DNA of 64,000 nt from Thermoproteota archaeon (lineage in GTDB: Archaea; Asgardarchaeota; Jordiarchaeia; Jordiarchaeales; Freyrarchaeaceae). Below, piece after piece: positions 47,766-57,637 of the stretch. The first letter of the stretch is position 1. Each line of letters starts with the position of its first letter. A program made the translations under genes and the position numbers. The stretch lies in assembly GCA_029258835.1 (NCBI GenBank), contig JAPDJY010000034.1, positions 31,036-95,035 on the forward strand, in the 5' to 3' direction. Below the pieces are notes generated by a model. That model did no database searches and was not told the origin of the DNA. It worked only from the letters and a program-made list of their open reading frames with translations.

Positions 47766-48580
47766 ATGAAATATTTTTTTATCGGCATCTTACACTTTGG
47801 ACATTTCTCCTCCTTCTCAAAGTAATCATGCAAGTGCTCTTTACACGCCTTTCCGAAGCAAAACGGACAAATCAAATGTTCGTCGTCCACCCCAAGCTTC
47901 TTCCCACATATTATACACTTATTTTCTTCCTCCTCTTCGCGTATCGCCCTTTCGAGCCATTCCGCCTCCTCAGGGGAGCCTACCTCGTAGACTCCTCCCT
48001 CTATCAGCATATCCCTAATCTGCATTCTGATCTCCCTTGGCGCGTCCTCTGATATTAAAAGAAGCTTTTCGGCCTCCTCAACTAGACTCTTACCTTGCAG
48101 TCTAGACGAAACAATCTGCCACACGTGCCTAAGGAGTGGAGGATTCCTGAGGAACGCGCCGTAAAGAAAGTTTGCGCACTCATAACTTCTTCCCTCATCA
48201 AAATAAAGGTCTACAGCCTCTTTGAATAGGCCAACCCTGAGTAGTTGTAGTACCGGGTGTCCCCCCTCCTTATCATACTTTTCTAGAATCCTTATGGCTT
48301 GCCTTGTCCTTAAAACAGAGTAAATAATGCAGGTCGATATGCATGCTAAGAAGACCATGCTTAATACGGGGAAGGTAGCCGGGTACTGAACGGGCGCCAT
48401 GTTCATACTTAAAGCAATCACGTTGTATATTAACCATCTGAATAAGTCCTCGAATCGACCATAAGTGTAATACAAGTATATGTCGGCGGCGCAATAAGCA
48501 GCAAAACCCCCTGAGAATAAAAGGAGCCACATTAACCTTCGCCTTAACTTCGTCTTGGCTATTTCAGTCAACGTCATCAC
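47762..48580 (-). CDS. Two-TM membrane protein with C-terminal RING-like finger
   Basis: CIIC-x12-CPFC-x4-C-x2-H-x10-CPKC. Confidence 0.7.
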   Translation of the reverse strand: MMTLTEIAKTKLRRRLMWLLLFSGGFAAYCAADIYLYYTYGRFEDLFRWLIYNVIALSMNMAPVQYPATFPVLSMVFLACISTCIIYSVLRTRQAIRILEKYDKEGGHPVLQLLRVGLFKEAVDLYFDEGRSYECANFLYGAFLRNPPLLRHVWQIVSSRLQGKSLVEEAEKLLLISEDAPREIRMQIRDMLIEGGVYEVGSPEEAEWLERAIREEEEENKCIICGKKLGVDDEHLICPFCFGKACKEHLHDYFEKEEKCPKCKMPIKKYFI

Positions 48581-48772
48581 CGTAATGCTATTATAATTTT
48601 ATTTTCTAGTAACATTAATTTTTTCGTTGTTACTTTGTTTTTGTCATAACGCTTCCTTACAGCCTTCCATATTTTTCATTTATCATCCCGTTTCATTCCT
48701 GATAATCATAATTAACCGAAAAAATTATATACTTTTAAGCATTAACTTTCCTGCCCACTAGGAGGTGTTTGC

Positions 48773-50311
48773 TTGGAAGTCAGAACGCCCCATGAGAAAC
48801 TTGAAAAAATCGATGATAAACCGATAAGAAGCTACGATGAAATCAACGAGAAAATAAGGCGAGGAGACGCGGTAGTGGTTACCGCAGAGGAAATGGTAAA
48901 GATCGTTGAAGAATCGGGTGTAGCGAAGGCGGCCAAAGAGGTAGACGTTGTGACAACAGGCACCTTCGGTTGCATGTGTAGTAGCGGTGCATTCCTTAAC
49001 TTTGGTCATGCCGATCCGCCAATAAAAATGGAGCGTGTCTGGCTTAACGACGTTGAAGCCTATCATGGTGGAGCAGCCGTCGACTGTTACATAGGTGTAA
49101 CGAAGATGAGTGAGACTAAGCCGTTTAAGTATGGCGGCGGACATGTAATAGAGGATCTAGTTGCTGGCAAAGAAATAGAAGTCAGAGCTACAGCGTACGG
49201 AACAGATTGTTATCCTAGGACACGTGTCGAAACAATCATAACCATTAATGATTTAAACCAAGCGATCCTGTGCAACCCTCGAAACGCGTATCAACGATAC
49301 GACGCCGCCACTAATAGCCGTGATGAAACCATTTATACTTACATGGGAAAGCTACTCCCACATTATGGTAACGTGACCTTCTCAGGAGTAGGGTGTTTAA
49401 ATCCTCTCTGCAACGACCCAGACTATGAGACCATCGGCGTTGGAACACGCATATTCCTAGGAGGCGGCGTCGGCTACGTGATAGGGGAGGGAACACAGCA
49501 TGATCCGACAAACCAGTTTGGGACGTTGATGGTTAAAGGAGACCTCAAAAAGATGAGTCCGAGATATTTAAGAGGTGCCGTACTTACAAAGTATGGCACT
49601 ACAATGTTTGTCGGCGTGGGCGTTCCCATACCTATACTTAATCAGAGGTTAGCCTTGAAAACTGCTGTAAGTGATGAAGAAATATTGACTCGTGTTATTG
49701 ATTATGGCGTTCCAAGACGGCAAAGGCCTGCTGTCAGAGAAGTTACATATAGTGAACTGAAATCCGGCAAGATCGAACTTAACGGGGAAACCGTTAAAGT
49801 TTCCCCTCTTTCAAGCATAAGCATGGCCAGAGAAATCGCTGAGACCCTGAAAAAATGGATTGAAGAGGGGATCTTCCTCCTTTCAGCACCTGTGGAACGG
49901 TTACCGAGAGACACGGAGTTTAAACCCATGAAGATGACTAAAGAGATAAAGTATGTCTGCTCGATAATGCGTCCCGCAGTAACCTGTAGACTCGAGGACA
50001 GCATAGAAGCGGTAGCAGAAACCATAGTGTCAAAAAACGTGAATCATATAGTGGTTGTGGACGACGATGGGCGGCTAAGCGGAATAGTAACATCCTTTGA
50101 CGTGACGAAGGCTGTAGCTCAAAAGAAAAGAAGCTTACCAGAAATAATAACGCAAAATGTTATCTCCGTGGGGCCAGATGAGCCAGTCGACGTGGCTGCA
50201 AAGCGGATGAGAGATCATGACATATCCGCGCTTCCAGTAATCGATGCTCACCGAAAGGTTTTGGGGATAGTTACTAGCGAGGATCTATCAAGGCTCGTCG
50301 CTGGGGGGTGA
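48773..50311 (+). CDS. L-aspartate semialdehyde sulfurtransferase (DUF39 + CBS pair, MA1821-like homocysteine biosynthesis)
   Basis: EINEKI, DVVTTGTF..MCSSGA, YGGGHVIEDL, TDCYP, NPRN.YQ; C-terminal CBS pair. Confidence 0.92.
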   Translation: MEVRTPHEKLEKIDDKPIRSYDEINEKIRRGDAVVVTAEEMVKIVEESGVAKAAKEVDVVTTGTFGCMCSSGAFLNFGHADPPIKMERVWLNDVEAYHGGAAVDCYIGVTKMSETKPFKYGGGHVIEDLVAGKEIEVRATAYGTDCYPRTRVETIITINDLNQAILCNPRNAYQRYDAATNSRDETIYTYMGKLLPHYGNVTFSGVGCLNPLCNDPDYETIGVGTRIFLGGGVGYVIGEGTQHDPTNQFGTLMVKGDLKKMSPRYLRGAVLTKYGTTMFVGVGVPIPILNQRLALKTAVSDEEILTRVIDYGVPRRQRPAVREVTYSELKSGKIELNGETVKVSPLSSISMAREIAETLKKWIEEGIFLLSAPVERLPRDTEFKPMKMTKEIKYVCSIMRPAVTCRLEDSIEAVAETIVSKNVNHIVVVDDDGRLSGIVTSFDVTKAVAQKKRSLPEIITQNVISVGPDEPVDVAAKRMRDHDISALPVIDAHRKVLGIVTSEDLSRLVAGG

Positions 50312-50315
50312 AAAG

Positions 50316-50702
50316 TTGAAGCTACTGGTAAGATTTAATACGGAAAGGGTCAGGGAGGCAATTACATCAGATGTCATCTTAGAGACAGGGATAAGTATAA
50401 ACATTTTGAGTGCTTCCCTCAACGAGAAAGGCGGGGAAATGCTGCTAGAAGTTCCAGACGAAAGAGCAGACGAAATACGTAATGCATTTGAACGGAGAGG
50501 AGTTGAAGTTGAAGCAAGGAAATACGTTGAAATTCTTGAAAGCATGTGCGTACATTGCGGAGCTTGTTACTCTATATGCCCCACGGACGCTATACAACTT
50601 GATACCTACACATTCAGAATAAGCTTGGTAAAGGATTCTTGCATCGGATGTCTAAGGTGTATAGATGTATGCCCAGTAGAAGCCATTGTAAAGGTTAAGT
50701 GA
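50316..50702 (+). CDS. NIL-domain 2x[4Fe-4S] ferredoxin (MA1822-like partner)
   Basis: INIL, CVHCGACYSICP, CIGCLRCIDVCP. Confidence 0.9.
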   Translation: MKLLVRFNTERVREAITSDVILETGISINILSASLNEKGGEMLLEVPDERADEIRNAFERRGVEVEARKYVEILESMCVHCGACYSICPTDAIQLDTYTFRISLVKDSCIGCLRCIDVCPVEAIVKVK

Positions 50703-50861
50703 ACCCTCTTCCCATTTTTGCCATCCTGCCGCCTTCTTAACATGAGAATTCTCCTTTTGTTCTCCTTTAAGTAAGGCTTTATAAAGGCTTACATGGTCTC
50801 TTGGTAATGCGTGGATTTTAAAATGTAATGTTTTCCCGGGGGACTGAGAGGTGGTGGAATC

Positions 50862-51884
50862 GTGGATGTCAGTAAGCATCTTTCCCTAAAGCATATTACT
50901 TTCTTTTACCATGGTGGAGCTCTCCTAGAATATCAGGGTATGATACCCGTAAAGGATGGAAACACTACTTACATGATGGCTATTGACCCAGACGAAGCTG
51001 AGCAAGTCCTATCCACATTAACCGTAATTGACTTGGATGGAGGCGCCGTAACGAAGATGATCTATCAACCTCCAAAAGGGGTTTTCTCTGACGGCGTTGA
51101 TCCCCGCTCATTCTTTCAGAGTCTCCTCTCAGGTCTAGTGGGGAAGAACATCAGCGTAGTTATGGACGATGAAAACTCTATTTCAGGTGTTCTCGTCGGT
51201 CTTGATGTGGAAGAAAGCAGCGCTAGGAGAGACCTGTACTTAAACCTCCTTTCATCGGATCAAATACACCGCGTTAAATCATCCGATATAAAGTCCCTCT
51301 CTATAGGGAAAAACGACTCACTTGAACTCAAAAGTGTTATTAGAGGCGAGGTTAAGGCCTACGTTGGATGGGAAATTGATCCCGGATTACCGGGTAAGGA
51401 TAAGCACAGGGTGAGCGTTAGATACCTGCAACCCGTAGAGAGATGGAACGTACTGTATCACCTTTACATGGTAGATAGCACTTGGATCCTTCTTGTATGG
51501 TGTAGCGTAAGCAATCCAACATCTAAGGACTGGAAGAACGTATCTATAACCATCACGACCAATAATTTATCGACTACTAGCAAAAACGAGCAACCTCAAG
51601 GTGATGGAGAAACTATAACATATAATGTTAGTGATCCCGTGACTATACCTAAGTTTTCAAAGATATTAATCCCTGTCTCTAGGCTTGAAGTTGAAGGCGA
51701 ACTTAAAGCAATACGTGGCATGGAAGGAGACCAGCTGTCCCTAACTATTAGAAATAAGAGTGGTCGGCTATGGCTCCCCGGTAAGTTAGTAGTGTGGAAG
51801 GATAACGGGTCGCTTGTGGGGACGGGGGAAATCCCCTTAACAAGGAATGGAGAAGCCGCCTCCATAGTTTTAAACCCCTTATGA
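50862..51884 (+). CDS. DUF4139-like protein
   Basis: L.TLTVID, Sm-like GK.I.V...G.LVG, YL...W...Y, V.NPTSKDWKNV pattern. Confidence 0.6.
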   Translation: MDVSKHLSLKHITFFYHGGALLEYQGMIPVKDGNTTYMMAIDPDEAEQVLSTLTVIDLDGGAVTKMIYQPPKGVFSDGVDPRSFFQSLLSGLVGKNISVVMDDENSISGVLVGLDVEESSARRDLYLNLLSSDQIHRVKSSDIKSLSIGKNDSLELKSVIRGEVKAYVGWEIDPGLPGKDKHRVSVRYLQPVERWNVLYHLYMVDSTWILLVWCSVSNPTSKDWKNVSITITTNNLSTTSKNEQPQGDGETITYNVSDPVTIPKFSKILIPVSRLEVEGELKAIRGMEGDQLSLTIRNKSGRLWLPGKLVVWKDNGSLVGTGEIPLTRNGEAASIVLNPL

Positions 51885-51896
51885 AAAACCTTGAGA

Positions 51897-52085
51897 TGCC
51901 TTGCGAAGCAGTTAAATTTGGTGAGTGTTTGGGGTGCTGGCTTGGCCATAGGGTGGCTATGGGGTGGAGTCTTCGGATGTGGGGCTCCGGGGTTACCCCG
52001 AAAGCCCCATCAGAGGCGTACGCCTCGATGACGGGGAAACGCCTGACAGACCAAAACACACACTACCCATAAAACCTGTCAAGCG
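51897..52085 (+). mobile_element. Non-autonomous IS607/IS605-like miniature element, copy B, with tnpB 3'-end/omegaRNA-like core
   Basis: 18-bp identity to copy A start; translates to LRMWGSGVTPKAP, resembling archaeal TnpB C-termini; nested hairpin GGGGCT-C-CGGGG-TTA-CCCCG-AA-AGCCCC; palindrome GAGGCGTACGCCTC. Confidence 0.7.
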
Positions 52086-52250
52086 TGAACCCCACATGAA
52101 ACATTTTCAATCGTCCAGAAAAACTTAATTAATCTCCCTTTTTCCTTAATTCTTGAGTCCTTTAAGCATAACTGCTAGCTTTAATCAATGAATGATTCTT
52201 TAGGGATTTAAAGAAGAATATAAGCCCCCGTTGAATTAGGCGGTTTTAGA

Positions 52251-53141
52251 ATGAGAGGAATGCGTGGTAGATATGTGAAATACTCAGAAAAGGTTTTGGA
52301 CTGTTTTTCTAGCGGTGAAGACGTTTCGCTTTTCCTTCCACTAGTAAAACTTCTCTCCGAGTACATGGAGAGGCTTTGCGAGGAGTGCATGGAGAATAAG
52401 ATGATCTGTACCCTTCGGCCAATGTGTCCTGACAGAAGATGGTTGAGTCTTCTCATAAAGATAGGAGCAGACGAGAGAGATCTGCCTAAGTACTGCTATA
52501 AGGTACGGTTAAACGAGGTGAAGGCGCTTCTAGGTAAGGTTGGCCATATACACTTTGGTGATGCAGTACTTCAAATTGAAGTTTTTCTAAACCTTCTTTC
52601 GGGTGGCCGCTCGCGCCTCATAGACCCCCTCAGAAGCGGCGACATTGAACGGTTCGTGGAGGGCCTCGTAGCAGAGTTTAAACGGCACCTGCTCAACGTT
52701 ACCCTCCTAACCGGGGATGGATATATACTCCTCCTATCAGACGGAAACGTTTTCTTTTTCAATTTACTGGAAAACATTGTTTTGATTAATCCTGAAGAGA
52801 AGAGGTTTACGTCGGTCCGCGAATTCGTAGACCTAGTGTTAGCAGTACGAGAGCATTACGCTCTACCTCTCGAGGTTGAAGAAGACTTTAAAGGTTTTCC
52901 TAGAGTAACATTGAGGCTCCCCCACCGACCCGACCTAGAATCCATCTTAGAAAAGTTCGTGGGTAGGGTAATGGGCGTGGTAGAGTACGTGGACTACTTC
53001 TGCGGTGATAATTGTTTCACCGTGGAAATAGAGTTTAACCCTGTCTCCGGAAACCCCCCATTAAGGTTTAAGGATGCACTCTATGTGTTGGAACGTATGA
53101 AGGCTCTCTACCAAGAATTCCGCAAGGAACCCCTTTCTTAG
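52251..53141 (+). CDS. Hypothetical protein with N-terminal Cys cluster
   Basis: CEEC-x6-C-x5-C motif; 296 aa. Confidence 0.6.
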   Translation: MRGMRGRYVKYSEKVLDCFSSGEDVSLFLPLVKLLSEYMERLCEECMENKMICTLRPMCPDRRWLSLLIKIGADERDLPKYCYKVRLNEVKALLGKVGHIHFGDAVLQIEVFLNLLSGGRSRLIDPLRSGDIERFVEGLVAEFKRHLLNVTLLTGDGYILLLSDGNVFFFNLLENIVLINPEEKRFTSVREFVDLVLAVREHYALPLEVEEDFKGFPRVTLRLPHRPDLESILEKFVGRVMGVVEYVDYFCGDNCFTVEIEFNPVSGNPPLRFKDALYVLERMKALYQEFRKEPLS

Positions 53142-53184
53142 TTCACTTTCAGCTTAATTAACTTAAAAAGGAGGATGTAGTGAT

Positions 53185-56100
53185 TTGTCTGGGGACCTAG
53201 CTTCAATAGTTGCTGAAAAATTTGGACTTAGGGAAGACGAGTCTAAGATTTATGGGTTACTCTTACTTTACAGAGTACTTACAATTGGAGAGCTAAGTTA
53301 TCATTCGTCATTTCCAACATCTAAAATAGAGCCGATCCTCAGGTCGCTAGAGGAAAAGGGCTTGGTCTCTAGGGTTCCCGGGGTAGTTACTAGGTATGTT
53401 CCCTCAACACCATTCGGTTTGCTGTTTGATGTTGTAGGAGAATTCCTAAGTAAGGCTGAGAGCGCAGAGAAGGGTTTACGTACCAGCTCGGAGATGCTCG
53501 AAGCGGAGCTTAACAGGGCAGTAGATTCCCTTAAAGCAGACTTAAAGGTCGCTGTATCAAGTGAAATGCAAAGCTTAGAAAAAGAAGTCGACAGGTCAAG
53601 CAAACTATTAGAGAAAATTACTGAGCGTGAACAGGCTGAAATGGTGAACTTGGTAAAAGTCATAGACGAACAATCAATGGAACAAGTTAAACAGCACAGC
53701 GTTTTCTGCGAGGAAGCCTCGTCTAAGCTTAAAAATGCAGTCAGCAATGAAATTACACAAAGCTTAAGCCGTGCGGAAGAAACCATAAGGCAAAACGCTT
53801 CAGCCCTTTCAAATACCCTCTCATCAGCATTAAGCAACATTGAACTGTCTTCTAGGAAACTGGAGGAGGAAGTGAGAGAAGGCATAAACAATAGCTCTAC
53901 CAAGGTTGAGTCGTCTACTAGTGAAGCAGTTAAAAAACTGTCAGAAATGGTGGAGGAGGAATATTCCACCATAGAAAAATCGTTTTCTTCAGCAAAGGAA
54001 GATGTGTCAAAGACTGTGGAATCGATTAGGAGCGTTCTGGATAATTATACTGCCTCCGTGAAGAAAACGTCCGAGAGTATTCTTCAAAGGGCAATGGATG
54101 AGCGTAGAGGGCAAGCTGAAAAATTAGCGAAAAACATGAGAAAGTCTATCGAAGATAACACGTCAAACATTGCCAAAAGTATCTCCTCTTTCTACACTTC
54201 AACCATGAAAATGCTTGGATCTTTGAGTAGAGAGCATGAAAAGAAAGTTAGCGAGCTGTCGGAACGCATGGAACGCCTTGTCGATGCAAGCGCCCTTCGC
54301 CTTTCCGAAATGACCGAGAGCGTAAAGGAGAAACTCGCAGAAAGACTTAGCGATTATGCCGAATTCCAAGAAAAAGAGTTGGAATCCGCTTGCTCAAGTC
54401 TCGAGAAAAACCTATCCTCAATATTTAACGAACTTAACAGTTCATCCTCCCTAATAAGGGAGGATGCGTCATCTGCACTTAGTGAAAGCGCCCATGCCGT
54501 AAAAGACGTTCTTAAGCAGGCAGAAAGCAGGTTTGACTCCTTACTCTCAAAACACGTTGAGGACTTAAAGTCGATGATTGGTAATGTTGAGAAAACGATT
54601 TCCACGTCCTTTTCCACGGATAGAGAAGTCGAAGGTAAAAACTTGCTAGAGTTAAAGCAGAATGTTTCTTCTTTAATGGACCTTTCGAGACACGATATCG
54701 TCGAGGCAGCGTCGACTCTTTCCGAAGCAGCTTTTAAGGATGCACATGTTCAAACGCAAGCATTTATTAATGAACTGAGAAAGCTGAGAGAGGACTTTTC
54801 TAAGCGCATTAAAGTAAGCTTAAGGCAAGCTAGAAAGGAGTCCGAGGAGCTTAAGAGCACGGTGTCATCTCTTCTAAGTCAGCGCATCTTCGACATGGAG
54901 GAATATGCGGAGTCCCTGAAGGAGCGCGTTCAGAGAATGGTCAGCGATAGGCTGGAAGAAATGTCCCTAGGAATAGAGGCTCTTCAATCGCATTTCACAG
55001 AAGTAATGGATATGATAATCGTTCGCTTCACCGACTTAATAAATGAAGCCAAAGACAGTTTCTCTCGTTCCCTTAACTTACAGTTATCATTTTTCAAGGA
55101 AAATCTTAGCGAGCTTAACACTACGTTCATCGATGAAATAGATAAGCAGATGGAAGGGGTTAAAAGTGAAGCAAACGAGATCCTATCTGAATTCTCTGAA
55201 AGTTTAGATAGGAGAATCCTGCAAGCTGAAGAATTAGCCTCACGGATAAAAGAAACTACGGATGCAGCGTTACAACACCAGGAAAGGTTCAGCAGGAAAC
55301 TTAGGAATGACCTTGTTGCCCTCCTTCTACAAGGTATAAAACGCCATGTTGACTCCTTTAATAACATAGCAGAATCTCTTAACGAACGGTTGGACGCCCT
55401 CATAGAGTCAAGAATGAACTCCTTAGAGAAGCTCAGGGAAGACCTCCAAAAGAAGATTTCATCTGCTCTAAACTCTGAATTATCCTCTATCGAAGACTCC
55501 ACGTCTAACCTGAGGAAGGAGGCTGCATCCCACCTCTCAAAGAGCGGTAAGGAATGTGCTGAAACCTTAGAAATCGCTACTAAGAAAATAGAGGAGGCGC
55601 TTTCTGAATACGTCACTCTCTACAAGAATTCTTTAGATAATTTTAAGAGAGACCTTTCCGCATTCCTCAAGGAGTCACTGGAAAGGCTATCTCAGTCCTC
55701 TCAGAAAACGTTAGACGAAATTACCTCACATTTAGACATGGAACGCGAAACTATAGTGAACGAGGCGAGGGTTCTAAGTGATTCATCTAAAAAAGCTTTG
55801 GAAAACTATGTTAAGACGTTAAAAAGCCACCTTAACGAGTCGCTAAATGCTCTGTTAAAGGCGGTGTCTGACCAAATCGAGTATTTGAAGAATGAGAAGA
55901 ACATGTTTACGTCGCTTGTAAGAAGCAACGTTGACGAAAACATAAAGGAGTTTGAGAGTCATGTTAAATCGTTACAGTCCTCGTTGTCGTCCCTTCTGGA
56001 AGAAGGGAACGAGAAGGTGTCAGTGAACCTTTCACAACTGGAATCTAGGCTCTTCGACACCCTAGAAAGCGTAAACGAAGTTGTAGGGGAGGCATCACAC

Positions 56101-57117
56101 AGTATTAAGGACGGAAGCGTAGAACTTCTAAAGGAATACTCTAAGGAGGTAATGGACGTGCTGTCACTAATAGGAGAAACTATTAGCAGATATGTCGAGG
56201 AGAACAGGAACCTTTTCGGCTCAAGGATAGGCGAATCAAAGTCGCTTATAAACGACCTTGTAAACTCTCTTTCAACCGAATTAGTAAGCTTAACTAGCGA
56301 GGTTGAGGGGGAGATCTCGTCGTTAACAGAGTCATACACCAGAGAGTCCCTTAACATCGTTCAGGAACTTAGGAACAGGATGGTCAGCACGGTTAAATCG
56401 CAGATTAGTAAGTATGATAAGGAACTTTCTAATTTCGGTAAGGAGACCCTTAAAATGCTATCCGGAGTGGAAGAAAAATATAAGCGCGTCCTTGGAGAAT
56501 TAGCTAGCCAGATATCAATCCGCCTAAGTGAATTCTACGAAAAAGCAGTCACCCGGATAAAAGAAGTCACAATAAACATGGTCGAGACACTAAAATCATT
56601 AGTTGAATCTTCTAAGTCAACGGAGGAACTAGCCCGGATCGCATGGGAGGAATTCGGGAAAAAGCCTCTGAGTATAGAGAAAACGTGTTTTGTTGCAACT
56701 AAGGAGGCTGTCCTCCTAAAAATAAAGGACATGGTTACACGCACAAAAAAGATCTTAATATTAGCAATGCCACACATAAAAGACGTTCCAATCGAAGAGG
56801 TACTACGGCTGGAGCCCCCAGCAAGGATCTACGTCTTCACAGACTTCCACCTTCCCTCTGACTTGGATATTGTTAAAAGACTAATTGGAAGGAGCAATTT
56901 ACGCCTCTGGAAAACCGAGGAGAAGTCCTTCTATCTGTGTTTAAGGGATGAAGAGGAGGTTTTGGCTGCCCCGGTAGCCGAGGAGGAACCGGTAATAGCG
57001 ATAGCAAGCGAGGATCCAAGCTACGTCCAAGCTTACCGGCTGACGATCACCCCTTACCTAAGATGGAAAGCTAAAGAGTTAAGGAGGAAAGACATAAATA
57101 GCCTGTCCTCACCGTAG
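53185..57117 (+). CDS. TrmB-like wHTH + ~1050-aa helical region + TrmB C-terminal-like domain
   Basis: FGL..DESKIY..LL...TIGELS...IL.SLEEKGLV HTH; C-terminal KIKDMV.R.KK.L.LAMP...LRDEEEVL. Confidence 0.75.
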   Translation: MSGDLASIVAEKFGLREDESKIYGLLLLYRVLTIGELSYHSSFPTSKIEPILRSLEEKGLVSRVPGVVTRYVPSTPFGLLFDVVGEFLSKAESAEKGLRTSSEMLEAELNRAVDSLKADLKVAVSSEMQSLEKEVDRSSKLLEKITEREQAEMVNLVKVIDEQSMEQVKQHSVFCEEASSKLKNAVSNEITQSLSRAEETIRQNASALSNTLSSALSNIELSSRKLEEEVREGINNSSTKVESSTSEAVKKLSEMVEEEYSTIEKSFSSAKEDVSKTVESIRSVLDNYTASVKKTSESILQRAMDERRGQAEKLAKNMRKSIEDNTSNIAKSISSFYTSTMKMLGSLSREHEKKVSELSERMERLVDASALRLSEMTESVKEKLAERLSDYAEFQEKELESACSSLEKNLSSIFNELNSSSSLIREDASSALSESAHAVKDVLKQAESRFDSLLSKHVEDLKSMIGNVEKTISTSFSTDREVEGKNLLELKQNVSSLMDLSRHDIVEAASTLSEAAFKDAHVQTQAFINELRKLREDFSKRIKVSLRQARKESEELKSTVSSLLSQRIFDMEEYAESLKERVQRMVSDRLEEMSLGIEALQSHFTEVMDMIIVRFTDLINEAKDSFSRSLNLQLSFFKENLSELNTTFIDEIDKQMEGVKSEANEILSEFSESLDRRILQAEELASRIKETTDAALQHQERFSRKLRNDLVALLLQGIKRHVDSFNNIAESLNERLDALIESRMNSLEKLREDLQKKISSALNSELSSIEDSTSNLRKEAASHLSKSGKECAETLEIATKKIEEALSEYVTLYKNSLDNFKRDLSAFLKESLERLSQSSQKTLDEITSHLDMERETIVNEARVLSDSSKKALENYVKTLKSHLNESLNALLKAVSDQIEYLKNEKNMFTSLVRSNVDENIKEFESHVKSLQSSLSSLLEEGNEKVSVNLSQLESRLFDTLESVNEVVGEASHSIKDGSVELLKEYSKEVMDVLSLIGETISRYVEENRNLFGSRIGESKSLINDLVNSLSTELVSLTSEVEGEISSLTESYTRESLNIVQELRNRMVSTVKSQISKYDKELSNFGKETLKMLSGVEEKYKRVLGELASQISIRLSEFYEKAVTRIKEVTINMVETLKSLVESSKSTEELARIAWEEFGKKPLSIEKTCFVATKEAVLLKIKDMVTRTKKILILAMPHIKDVPIEEVLRLEPPARIYVFTDFHLPSDLDIVKRLIGRSNLRLWKTEEKSFYLCLRDEEEVLAAPVAEEEPVIAIASEDPSYVQAYRLTITPYLRWKAKELRRKDINSLSSP

Positions 57118-57183
57118 AAATGTAGCTCATAAAGAGGAACAACAAGGGGCTTTGCTTCCTGTTTAAACGCGGAGAGAATTTAG

Positions 57184-57618
57184 ATGATTTACGCTATATG
57201 GGTGCTCAAGAGCAGCGGTGAACCACTAATCTACAAATTTTACAGAAAGGATAGATTAACTAGTCAAGCCCCATCGCTTACAGGCGGCTTCCTAACAGCT
57301 ATATTCGACTCAATGCGCGTCAACACAGGCGAACAATTAAACATTATAAAAATAGGCGAAATAAACGTTGCCTACAAGCCATTTAAGACCTTCATAGTGG
57401 TTGTGGCAAGTGACGACCCCGAGGAAGCAAGAAGGTTTGCAGCTAAGGTTGGGTCAGAATTTAAAATGCAGTACTCACAACTTTTAGATTCCTGGACGGG
57501 TGAAACATCCATATTCCAACCATTCATAAAAAAGCTAGACTTTCTGGTCAAGGATGCGAAACGCAATCTCAGAGACAACTTGGGCCGTCTTCTCAACTCC
57601 CTAGGTTCCCAAGGTTAA
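57184..57618 (+). CDS. Longin-like domain protein
   Basis: IWVL..SG.PL, LTGGFLTAI, F...Y...L.SWTGETSIF; paralogous pattern to 42431-43057. Confidence 0.7.
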   Translation: MIYAIWVLKSSGEPLIYKFYRKDRLTSQAPSLTGGFLTAIFDSMRVNTGEQLNIIKIGEINVAYKPFKTFIVVVASDDPEEARRFAAKVGSEFKMQYSQLLDSWTGETSIFQPFIKKLDFLVKDAKRNLRDNLGRLLNSLGSQG

Positions 57619-57637
57619 AACCACGCAGCCTCTTTTT

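Noticed and set aside
51881-52072. 63-aa ORF as a functional protein
   Set aside because: It spans the miniature element; only the MWG...PKAP stretch resembles a TnpB tail and no RuvC motifs remain
53185-57117. SMC/Rad50 or chemoreceptor call for the 1310-aa protein
   Set aside because: No Walker A/B or signature motif, no hinge, no TM segments and no MCP hairpin motif
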